DNA of 32,000 nt from an uncultured Chloroflexia bacterium (GTDB lineage: Bacteria > Chloroflexota > Ktedonobacteria > Ktedonobacterales > JADMIN01). The notes beneath the pieces are model-generated. The model was not told where the DNA came from, did not search any database, and saw only the letters and a program-made list of their open reading frames with translations. A program made the position numbers and the translations under genes. Every line of letters begins with the position of its first letter. Positions within the stretch are counted from its first letter, which is position 1. Location of the stretch: assembly GCA_963718915.1 (NCBI GenBank), contig CAVRAI010000015.1:210001-242000 (forward strand). Direction: 5' to 3'. This document shows, in pieces, positions 17,648 through 25,219 of the stretch.

Positions 17648-18007
17648 ATGGCAAGAGACCTGCCCTACCTGCCCAGTCCAGCTGCATCCGGGTCGTGGCC
17701 GACGTTTAGTCTCGATATGGGTACCCGCCAGAACATCGCAAGCGGGAGAGGTCCGCGAGCCAGTGGGTCGAATCCTTCCCCGCAAGGCGCTCACGTAGGT
17801 GTGATGCCGCCGCCACCCTTGAACCCTGGCGGCGCACAGGACTCTAACCCCGGCGGAGTAGGGGGCGGCAACGTGGTACGTCGGTACGATCCGGCTACAG
17901 GCCAAATTATTCGTACCCCGCAGGCGCAAACGCATGCCACTAGGCCGGGCGAGCCGGGTGGGATCAAACCGGCGAAACAACCCATCCGGACGGCTGGTCC
18001 GCAATAA
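17648..18007 (+). CDS. Hypothetical Pro/Gly-rich, probably disordered protein
   Basis: GAGGAGG lies 6 nt upstream of ATG 17648, which is 20 nt after the previous stop. The 119-aa product is low-complexity (PPPPLNPGGAQDSNPGGVGGG). Coding status is supported mainly by the SD and the operon context. Confidence 0.5.
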   Translation: MARDLPYLPSPAASGSWPTFSLDMGTRQNIASGRGPRASGSNPSPQGAHVGVMPPPPLNPGGAQDSNPGGVGGGNVVRRYDPATGQIIRTPQAQTHATRPGEPGGIKPAKQPIRTAGPQ

Positions 18008-18082
18008 CGAAAAGAACAAAAGATGGTCTGTGATGCTCCATAGCGGGGCGTGTTTTGGGGTACTGGGTAAGGCAGGATTGTC

Positions 18083-18659
18083 ATGCTGAATCGTCAACGC
18101 GATAGTCATGGGCCAAATGTAGGCTGGCTGTTTGCCGATCTGCTTCTTGCGCTGGCGGTGATCTTTCTGGTCGCCAACGCCTCTGGCTCTATCGCTAAAT
18201 CTGTCAGGCCCATCATGACGCCCACCCCGACGTTGGCGCCAACGCCTGTGCCGCCGCCGCCGCCATCGACCAAGAACTATTTCGCATTTCCCATCAAGTT
18301 TGATGACTTTGCTCTGGAGAGTGGAGACGGTAGCACGGCTACAGCATCGTACGCGACCAGATTGAAGCCCGACTGACAGAGAAGGGCTATGCAATTCGTG
18401 TGGAGCCGTGCTGGTGCTTGTCTTTGGTGGCACCCCTTCACTGGATGATCGCTATGCGACAAATCGTGCGACAAACGCCGCTGATGCCGTCATCAACCAG
18501 TTGAAAGCGGAGGGCAGTCAGGGTTTTGTCTTCACCAAGGCACAATACCATTCGCCGTTCCTCTTCAAAAGCCAGTTTGGCATGGTGCAAGATTCAGGTC
18601 TACTTTTTCAACACCTCCAAACAGTGCGAGCCGTAGCCTGTGATACGAAATACGTTTAG
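18083..18659 (+). pseudogene. Hypothetical single-pass membrane protein (TM + Pro-rich linker + globular domain), interrupted by 2 frameshifts
   Basis: ATG 18083. Frame 2 reads GWLFADLLLALAVIFLVANA...PTPTLAPTPVPPPPPSTKNYFAFPIKFDDFALESGDGST. Frame 1 (from about 18340-18347) reads SIVRDQIEARLTEKGYAIRVE. Frame 0 (from about 18400-18408) reads VLVLVFGGTPSLDDRYATNRATNAADAVINQLKAEGSQGFVF... and runs to the stop at 18659. Confidence 0.6.
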
Positions 18660-18681
18660 CATGTTGTCGTTGGGCGCCTGT

Positions 18682-18810
18682 CTGTAGCGTAAACGCTACG
18701 GCGCGCGCACCAAACCGCAACAACCCAGACGGACTTGGTGTGAGCGGAGAGGCTACAGCGAATTTCCCGTCTGCATCATTTGCCCATTCGCCGTAGCATT
18801 TACGCTTCGG
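18682..18810. repeat. Hairpin-bounded intergenic element between convergent genes (possible bidirectional terminator or REP-like element)
   Basis: ctgtagcgtaaacgctacgg (18682-18701, stem gtagcg/cgctac) and ccgtagcatttacgcttcgg (18791-18810) are related near-palindromes that flank about 90 bp of non-coding sequence. Confidence 0.4.
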
Positions 18811-18820
18811 CCTGCTCCCC

Positions 18821-20509
18821 TTACTCAAGCGTCACATCAGTGCGGACGACCCCGGCGCGGTCGTGGCGGGCGATCAGCTTCACCACGCCGCCCCGAGGCG
18901 CGCGCACGACCCACTCGGCGCTGGCGCGGTCGGTCGTCGGGTCGCCCACATCCCAACCAAAGGGCGACGACGGCTTGTAGGCGCGCCCCTCCACCTGGCC
19001 GAGCACCAGCCGTGTGTGGCCCGATGCCAGCGACGCGCCCTCCGGCAGCTCGATCTCGCAGACCACGCCACGCACCAGCTTATTGTCCAGCGCGCTCTTC
19101 ATCACATAGGTGGGCAGCCAGCCGCTATTCTGCACCGCCAGCCGCACGCGATACGCTCCATCGCCCAGCGGCGCCGCGCTCGCCTCGAAAAGCTCAAGGC
19201 GTGGCGAGATGAGCAATTGCCAGACCAGCCAGCGCGGGAACTTCGCCAGCTCGCGTTCGAGGAACTGCGACGGCGGATTCGAGAAAGCGTAGAACTCATT
19301 CCAGCCGCCCAGTTCCACCGGGCCAAGTTGCGGATGCTCGAAGGGATACCAGTCGATGTAGCCTTTGCCTTCCAGCGCCTCATCGCTCCACTTCAGCAGC
19401 TTCTGGTCGTCCTCCAGCGGATGCTCGCGGAACCAGTCGATATATTTGTAGTCGGTGATGCCGGCCTCACGCTGCGGACTCCATATCTCCACCGTCCAGG
19501 CGAAGACGCCCAGGTGCGCGACCATCCAGTCGTCGAGCGCGCCGGTAATGACCGATTTGGGATGGTACTTGAAGTCGTGAAAGACGGAGATGTTGGGGTA
19601 GCCGCTGATCTCTGTGCCTTTCGCGCCAATCTTCTGATACGTCCAGAGATCCTCGGCGGAGAAGTTCTCGTCGCTCTGGTGGCTGAAGGGCCGGAGTAGC
19701 ACCCCGGCAAACGTGTGAAACGCAACGCCGCCCGTGATGTTGGGATGCTCGGCGATGAAGTGTACCAGCGCGCGTACCTCTGGCTCCGACGTCGGATAGG
19801 CGCCCGCGCCCCGCTGCTCATGCTCCTGCCGCCAGAGCGCTGGAAAGTTGCGGTTGAGGTCCAGACCCTCCTTCGGCGGCTGAATCGTAATCTCCACGCC
19901 GTCAAAGTCGCGCAGTTGACCCTCTGGCAGCACCCGGTAATACTGCCCGCCCGTCTCATCTGGCTCGCGGCGCACCAGCAGGCGCGGCTCATCTGGGCAG
20001 ACCTTCCAGGCGCCATTGGGGTCGGGGATGCGCATGGCCAGGATACGGCCATCGCCGTCAATATCTTCGGTCAGCAGGCCGTGCGTGTGCTCCTCATCGT
20101 AGGGATAGGCGCGCGTGCTAGAGCGGATGAACTTTGGCATATCGGCCAGCGCCCACTCCGCGCCATCGGGATTGACGCGCGGGCAGACGTAGAAGACGCG
20201 CGTATCGAGGCAGCGGGTAATATCGTCGTCGTTGCCATAGCCGCTGGCCAGCGTGTTGAGCAGATAGAGACACGCGCTCGAGGGCGAGACCTCGGTCGCG
20301 TGGATGTTGCCGTCCACCCAGAGCGCGGGTTTCTCGCTAGCCTCGCCCGTGGCGAAGTTCGTCACCGCCACAACCCAGATATCGCGGCCCTCGTGGCTCT
20401 TGCCGATACTCTCAACCCGCATCAACTGGGGATTCTCTTCGGCGAACGCCTGAACCAGCCGCGTCAGGTCGTCGTAGCGATAGAACCGGTCGAATCGTAT
20501 CTCAGGCAT
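18821..20509 (-). CDS. M14-family zinc metallocarboxypeptidase
   Basis: ORF 18821..20557. The start is placed at ATG 20509 (MPEIRFDRFYRYDDL), which is preceded by GGAG. ATG 20521 is an alternative. M14 signatures are GKSHEGRDIWVV, ALWVDGNIHATEVS (HxxE zinc site) and GVAFHTFAGVLLRP. Confidence 0.9.
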   Translation of the reverse strand: MPEIRFDRFYRYDDLTRLVQAFAEENPQLMRVESIGKSHEGRDIWVVAVTNFATGEASEKPALWVDGNIHATEVSPSSACLYLLNTLASGYGNDDDITRCLDTRVFYVCPRVNPDGAEWALADMPKFIRSSTRAYPYDEEHTHGLLTEDIDGDGRILAMRIPDPNGAWKVCPDEPRLLVRREPDETGGQYYRVLPEGQLRDFDGVEITIQPPKEGLDLNRNFPALWRQEHEQRGAGAYPTSEPEVRALVHFIAEHPNITGGVAFHTFAGVLLRPFSHQSDENFSAEDLWTYQKIGAKGTEISGYPNISVFHDFKYHPKSVITGALDDWMVAHLGVFAWTVEIWSPQREAGITDYKYIDWFREHPLEDDQKLLKWSDEALEGKGYIDWYPFEHPQLGPVELGGWNEFYAFSNPPSQFLERELAKFPRWLVWQLLISPRLELFEASAAPLGDGAYRVRLAVQNSGWLPTYVMKSALDNKLVRGVVCEIELPEGASLASGHTRLVLGQVEGRAYKPSSPFGWDVGDPTTDRASAEWVVRAPRGGVVKLIARHDRAGVVRTDVTLE

Positions 20510-21224
20510 CTTGTTCTCCATCGTCCACTGGCTGCGCCGCTGACTCAGCCTGCTCAACGTTATCGGTAACTGCCACGCCGTCCGGAATCTCTGGAATCTT
20601 CGGCGGTGTCTCCTGTTCGCTTGCTGTCTCCGCCCTCTTGGGGATGGCGACGGTTGGAGGCGTCTCGCCGCTTATCTCAGCTACCTCCAGGGCGGCTCGT
20701 AGCGCGGGGTAGCAGGCGCGAGTGACCTCTGGCAGCGTGTAATCGCCCAGCGCGACCGCAACCAGCAGGCGGGCCGTCTCACCACGCGCCAGTTCATAGT
20801 GCTCGTCGGTGATCGCGCCAATCGCGTGCGCGGCCTCCAGTTCCTCCTGGTCGAGCAGCAGGGGCGTACCCTCTGGAATCCAGGCGATGTCGAGATAGAG
20901 ATCGTCGTACCAGGGAATGCCATCCTCACCGATGCCCTGCTCGGCCACCAGATCGATATACTCCTGCACGGGCTGGCCATCGGCGTCGAACATGGTCGTG
21001 TGGGTATAGTTCGCGCCTTCGGGGAAGAGTTGCAGCCACGCATAGCCCGCGTCGGCGATGCAGATGCGCTGCTCGTGATGCATCACCCAGAGCGGCTCGG
21101 CAACCTCCAGCATCAGCAGCAGCGTCGCGTAGCCGTTCACTCGACCGTCGGCAATGCGCTGGCAGATGAAGCGCTGTGCCCGCAGACGTGGCCATCCGGG
21201 CCGGTCGGCGCGCTTATACGTCAT
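20502..21224 (-). CDS. DUF402-like (FomD/nucleoside di- or triphosphatase-like) domain protein with acidic C-terminal tail
   Basis: 240-aa ORF. The pattern YIDLVAEQG...IPWYDDLYLDIAWIPEGTPLLLDQEELEAAHAIGAITDEHYELA resembles the DUF402 core. Its 3' end overlaps the carboxypeptidase start by 8 nt. Confidence 0.7.
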   Translation of the reverse strand: MTYKRADRPGWPRLRAQRFICQRIADGRVNGYATLLLMLEVAEPLWVMHHEQRICIADAGYAWLQLFPEGANYTHTTMFDADGQPVQEYIDLVAEQGIGEDGIPWYDDLYLDIAWIPEGTPLLLDQEELEAAHAIGAITDEHYELARGETARLLVAVALGDYTLPEVTRACYPALRAALEVAEISGETPPTVAIPKRAETASEQETPPKIPEIPDGVAVTDNVEQAESAAQPVDDGEQDA

Positions 21225-21276
21225 GGTTGGGTCCGTTCTTGAGCCTGGGGATTGCCATCCTCTTTATCTATTCAGA

Positions 21277-22374
21277 CTATACGGTACGCAGTCGCCCCCC
21301 AGCCGCCCGGCGCAGACGATCCTCGATGGCCAGGCCCAGCCCCCGTCTGCCGAAGCTATGCGCCAGCAACAGGTCCAGTCCGGCGGCATCCAGCTCGCGC
21401 AGGGCCGCATAGAGTCGGCGCGAGATCGCCGCGAGATCATCCATCGGGCCAAGCCGGGCGACGCGCACGCCAACGCCTTCCAGTGTAGCGGCTTCCTCGT
21501 CGGCTGCCAACGCCCCCACCCGTTCGCCCCGCGCCAGTCCCTCGGCGGCCAGCGCAAGCATGGCGGCGAGCGCCTCCGCGCCAGTGGCGTCGAAGACGAT
21601 CAGCCAGGTGTGTGGGGCGTAGTGGCGCGCCATCTGTCCCGGCGCATGGGCTGGCTCGGTGTTTTCATCGTCCTGACGACCTGATGGCGCAATTTGTGCG
21701 GATTCTAGCGCGTAGAGATCCGGCAGGATAGTGTGTAAGGCTTCCAGTGTGACGCCGCCGGGCCGTAACAGGCGCGGTGGGCTGGTGGTGAGGTCGACGA
21801 CCGTGGACTCGACACCGACGATGGTCGGTCCGCCATCGAGAATGCAGGCGATCCGGCCATCCAGATCGGCCAGAACGTGCGCGGCGGTGGTGGGGCTGGT
21901 ATGCATGAAACGGTTAGCGCTTGGCGCGGCAATTGGAAGGTGTGTTGCCCTCAACAATGCCTGGGCTACTGGATGCGCCGGAACGCGCACGCCGATGGTG
22001 TCGCCGCCCGCCGCGACCAGCGCCGGGATGCGTGCGAGGCGTGGCAGCACCAGTGTCAGCGGGCCGGGCCAGAAGCGTTCCGCCAGTCGTTCCACGTCAG
22101 GTGGGATGGCGCGGGCTACCTCCGCCAGTTGCGACGCATCCGCCAGGTGGACGATCAGCGGATCGCTCAGCGGGCGCTCTTTGGCGGCGAAGATACGTCG
22201 CACCGCTTTTTCGCTGGTGGCGTCCGCGCCCAGCCCATAGACCGTCTCGGTCGGAAAAGCGACAACTTCGCCAGCGCGCAGCAGATTGGCCGCCAGCGCG
22301 ATAGCATCTGGCGGAATGGCGTCTGGCGGCGTCGCCAGTACTATTGTTTGGCGCTGATGTGTGTGGTCTGTCAT
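21277..22374 (-). CDS. tsaC: L-threonylcarbamoyladenylate synthase (Sua5/YwlC long form: YrdC domain + Sua5 C-terminal domain)
   Basis: 365-aa ORF. YrdC-domain motifs are AGEVVAFPTETVYGLGADATSEKAVRRIFAAKERPLSDPLIVHLA, FWPGPLTLVL and GVRVPAHPVAQALL...PIAAPSANRF. A C-terminal Sua5-type extension is present. Confidence 0.9.
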   Translation of the reverse strand: MTDHTHQRQTIVLATPPDAIPPDAIALAANLLRAGEVVAFPTETVYGLGADATSEKAVRRIFAAKERPLSDPLIVHLADASQLAEVARAIPPDVERLAERFWPGPLTLVLPRLARIPALVAAGGDTIGVRVPAHPVAQALLRATHLPIAAPSANRFMHTSPTTAAHVLADLDGRIACILDGGPTIVGVESTVVDLTTSPPRLLRPGGVTLEALHTILPDLYALESAQIAPSGRQDDENTEPAHAPGQMARHYAPHTWLIVFDATGAEALAAMLALAAEGLARGERVGALAADEEAATLEGVGVRVARLGPMDDLAAISRRLYAALRELDAAGLDLLLAHSFGRRGLGLAIEDRLRRAAGGRLRTV

Positions 22375-22596
22375 AGCGCGCTTCTAGGGCAATGTGGCTC
22401 AACTATTCCGGCAGAGTCGGCGAATCTCTCGTCAAACTGGCGGAAAATGTTCTTCATGTGACTTTCGCTCGTTTGTTAGTGTAGTCACATTCCGTCGCGC
22501 TCATGCCGACGGTCGTACGCGGCGCTCTACCAGAGGTGGTACTCTGTCGTTGCGCTTTCAGTGCGGTCGGTGTATGATTGCGGCGTTCGTCTACGC

Positions 22597-22612
22597 CGTT
22601 CATATATGAACG
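22597..22612. promoter_or_regulatory. Perfect 16-bp palindrome CGTTCATATATGAACG, candidate operator
   Basis: Read directly from the sequence. It lies 27 nt upstream of the TTG start at 22639, in the divergent tsaC/PP2C intergenic region. A 5-bp hairpin (ggcgt/acgcc, 22582-22597) abuts it. Confidence 0.35.
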
Positions 22613-22638
22613 ACCGCTTACTAATGGCGAGGTAGATT

Positions 22639-25116
22639 TTGTTGGCCAGAACACTCCGCCTCGAAGCCGCTGAATTATCCGATGTGGGTCGCAGGCGCGA
22701 ACGTAATCAGGACAATGTTGCGCAACGGATCCCCTCGGATCCGCAAGTGCTGGATGAAAAAGGCGCTCTCTTCATCGTCTGTGACGGCATGGGTGGGCAT
22801 GCCGCTGGCGAGGTCGCGTCTGAGCTTGGGGTCAAGACAATCGCTGAGGAGTATTACAACACCTCAGGGAACGACGTGATCACTGCGCTTGCTACCGCAG
22901 TCGAGCGCGCCAATGACACCATATTCCGTCATGCCAGCGAAAACGCGGAATACGGCGGCATGGGCACCACCTGTGTAGCGCTGGTGATCGCGGGAGGGCG
23001 GGCATTTGTCGTCAATATCGGCGATAGCCGCGCCTACATTATTCGCGATGGCAAGATGCACCAGGTCACGCGCGATCATTCGTGGGTGGCGGAGCAGGTG
23101 CGCGTTGGGCTGTTGACCGAGGAACAGGCGCGTAACCACAGCCATCGCAATGTCATTACCCGCAGCCTTGGCACCCAGCCAAATGTGACCGCGGATCTGT
23201 TCGTCCAGACGATGCAGAATGGCGACCGCGTGCTGCTCTGTAGCGACGGCCTGCACGGCTACGTCGATGAAGGCGAGATCGAGCGGGTGGTGACGGGCGA
23301 TGTGGAGCCTGATGCCGCCGTCCACGAACTGATTGATATGGCGAACGCCAACGGCGGACCGGATAACATTTCCGCGACGCTGGTGTATCTGATTGATGTG
23401 CCGGAGCCGAAGGGTGCGCTCATGTTGCCCGATTCGGCGATACCCGCCGAGGGCATCACACAGCCATTGCCAGCCGTCGGCACGCGCGCTGCATCAAAGA
23501 GCATCCAGACGGCGAAGGCAGCGCGATCGGCGAAGGCACGCGCGCAACGGCGGGAGTCGTCGCGACGTCGGCTGGTGACGAATGGGTTGCGCGCGCTGGT
23601 GGCGGTCTTGATCGTGGCAATTGTCGCGGGCTTCTGGTACTTCGCATTCGGACCGTATGGTCAGCGGCAGGCGGCGAACCAGGAGTTTCAGCGCAATGTC
23701 ACGCAGGCGCAGCAGGCGATTTCGCAGGCCTCGCAGCAGGACCCCGCGACGGCGCTGACCTCGCTGGCGCGTGCGCGGGATATGGTGGTCGATGACCTGG
23801 ATAACCCTAATCTCGATGCGTCCTATCGCGCCGTTGGCGAGGATTTGCTGGCGAAACAGCTTCAGCCAGCGGTGCAGCAGGCAATCCAGCGGTATAACAG
23901 CGCGGCGCTGGTGACACCTGTCAACGTCACCACGACGCAGTTCTATAAGCTGACGTGCCAGACCTCGGGCGGGACGCCGACGACGCTGACCAGCGTGAGC
24001 CAGCTGACCGCGATGAATCAGGCTCTCCCAGCGCTTGCCTCCTCACAAATCCTCTACGTTGTCAGCGCGGGCCAACTCTACCAGGTGGTTGTTCCAGCAG
24101 ACAATGGTGTGCCACAGTCTGGCGCCAGCTGCTTGCAGATCTCGCTGAGCGGGATCGCGACGGTGGTGGCGATTACCGGTGACGGGACGACACTCAACAT
24201 CCTGGCGGAGCAGCCGAGTGGCCAGTATCTTGTGATGATGGTGACGACGAACGGCGTCAACGGCGATGGCACACCCAGAACGACGGTCGCGAACCGTTTC
24301 AATGTCGCGACGGCGGGTGGTGAGACACCGGAGTTGATCGCGGCGTCGGGCGCGGATGTCTATATCTCGTATTCGCGCGCGACGGATGGTGTCTACGGCG
24401 TCTGGCACTATAGCAGTTCGTTGCAGGCGCCCAAGCCCGCGAAGCCTGGCGCGAAGGCTCCACCCGCGCCAAAACCGCCGACTGGCCCCGCGCAGACCGT
24501 TCTGCTCCAGCGCGACCCTGTCTCGTTAGCGTTCTCGCACGGCATCCTCTATATGCTGGATAGCGCGGGCGGTCTGAGCCAGGTCAACGCGAACGACAAA
24601 TTCGCGTTTTCGGCGCTACCGATACGGATTCCAAGCCCACTACAGCCCGTCTCGCCTGATGATTACTCGGTCGCGACGCCGGTGCCGACGCCCGAACCCA
24701 CGCCCGCGAGTGGCGCGGCGCAGTCTTCAAGCGGCGCGATCAGTGTATCGCCTCATCTGGCGGCGTTTTTCGCGGCTGCCACGGCGACGCCAGTTCCGAC
24801 GGCGACGGCTGTTCCAGTGACTCCATCGGCCTCGACCGGCACGCTCTTTGGCAAGACCGGCACGCTGGCGATTGATCCTGCCTTCCCAACCAATGTGCTG
24901 ATCTGCGACGCCACGCAGAGTCGGCTGGTACGGCTGGTGGCCAGCGCCTCTGGGCCGGGACTTGGCTTTGCGGCGCAATACGCCTACGACGCGCCATTGC
25001 GAGGCGCCACCCATGTCGCCGTGGCGCCGGCCGCTGGCTCGCAACTGGTCGTCTACACCTGGGCTAATAACGCGCTGGCCGCCTACACAGTGCCAGAGAC
25101 CGCCGCAGGCGCATAG
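22639..25116 (+). CDS. Membrane-anchored PP2C Ser/Thr phosphatase (Stp/PrpC-like) with large extracytoplasmic C-terminal domain
   Basis: 825-aa ORF starting at TTG, with GAGG 7 nt upstream. PP2C motifs are SDVGRRRERNQD, FIVCDGMGGHAAGEVAS, NIGDSRAY, LLCSDGLHG and GGPDNISATLV. The TM helix is LRALVAVLIVAIVAGFWYFAF. About 480 aa of repeat-like beta-rich sequence and a Pro-rich linker follow. Confidence 0.85.
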   Translation: MLARTLRLEAAELSDVGRRRERNQDNVAQRIPSDPQVLDEKGALFIVCDGMGGHAAGEVASELGVKTIAEEYYNTSGNDVITALATAVERANDTIFRHASENAEYGGMGTTCVALVIAGGRAFVVNIGDSRAYIIRDGKMHQVTRDHSWVAEQVRVGLLTEEQARNHSHRNVITRSLGTQPNVTADLFVQTMQNGDRVLLCSDGLHGYVDEGEIERVVTGDVEPDAAVHELIDMANANGGPDNISATLVYLIDVPEPKGALMLPDSAIPAEGITQPLPAVGTRAASKSIQTAKAARSAKARAQRRESSRRRLVTNGLRALVAVLIVAIVAGFWYFAFGPYGQRQAANQEFQRNVTQAQQAISQASQQDPATALTSLARARDMVVDDLDNPNLDASYRAVGEDLLAKQLQPAVQQAIQRYNSAALVTPVNVTTTQFYKLTCQTSGGTPTTLTSVSQLTAMNQALPALASSQILYVVSAGQLYQVVVPADNGVPQSGASCLQISLSGIATVVAITGDGTTLNILAEQPSGQYLVMMVTTNGVNGDGTPRTTVANRFNVATAGGETPELIAASGADVYISYSRATDGVYGVWHYSSSLQAPKPAKPGAKAPPAPKPPTGPAQTVLLQRDPVSLAFSHGILYMLDSAGGLSQVNANDKFAFSALPIRIPSPLQPVSPDDYSVATPVPTPEPTPASGAAQSSSGAISVSPHLAAFFAAATATPVPTATAVPVTPSASTGTLFGKTGTLAIDPAFPTNVLICDATQSRLVRLVASASGPGLGFAAQYAYDAPLRGATHVAVAPAAGSQLVVYTWANNALAAYTVPETAAGA

Positions 25117-25158
25117 CCTCTGCCAGGAATTTGGATGCATTGCCAAAAATGCCAAAAA

Positions 25159-25185
25159 TCGCCGACTCCATCGCGGGGTCGGCGA
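25159..25185. terminator. Strong hairpin (11-bp stem with one G-U pair, 5-nt loop) downstream of the PP2C gene
   Basis: The structure is tcgccgactcc-atcgc-ggggtcggcga. It is preceded on the + strand by tgccaaaaatgccaaaaa, which gives a U-rich tail only when read on the minus strand. No T-tract follows it on the + strand. Confidence 0.3.
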
Positions 25186-25219
25186 CGCGCGTTAGATGCG
25201 CGTGATGAGGAGGCGCTCC

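Noticed and set aside
13870-18410. Programmed ribosomal frameshifting as the explanation for the frame hops
   Set aside because: About 11 shifts occur in both directions across three genes. I saw no recurring slippery heptamer or downstream structure at the junctions. Indels, whether real or artefactual, are the far simpler explanation.
17447-18433. 328-aa minus-strand ORF
   Set aside because: It is Arg/Pro/Ser-rich with no motifs. It lies antisense to three forward genes that have Shine-Dalgarno sites and an operon arrangement.
18863-20569. Forward ORFs 18863..19699 (278 aa) and 19715..20569 (284 aa)
   Set aside because: They are antisense shadows of the M14 carboxypeptidase gene.
22300-22329. 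15-bp imperfect tandem duplication in tsaC, encoding PPDAI-PPDAI
   Set aside because: It is an in-frame duplication in the poorly conserved N-terminal tail. It is probably neutral slippage and not a separate feature.
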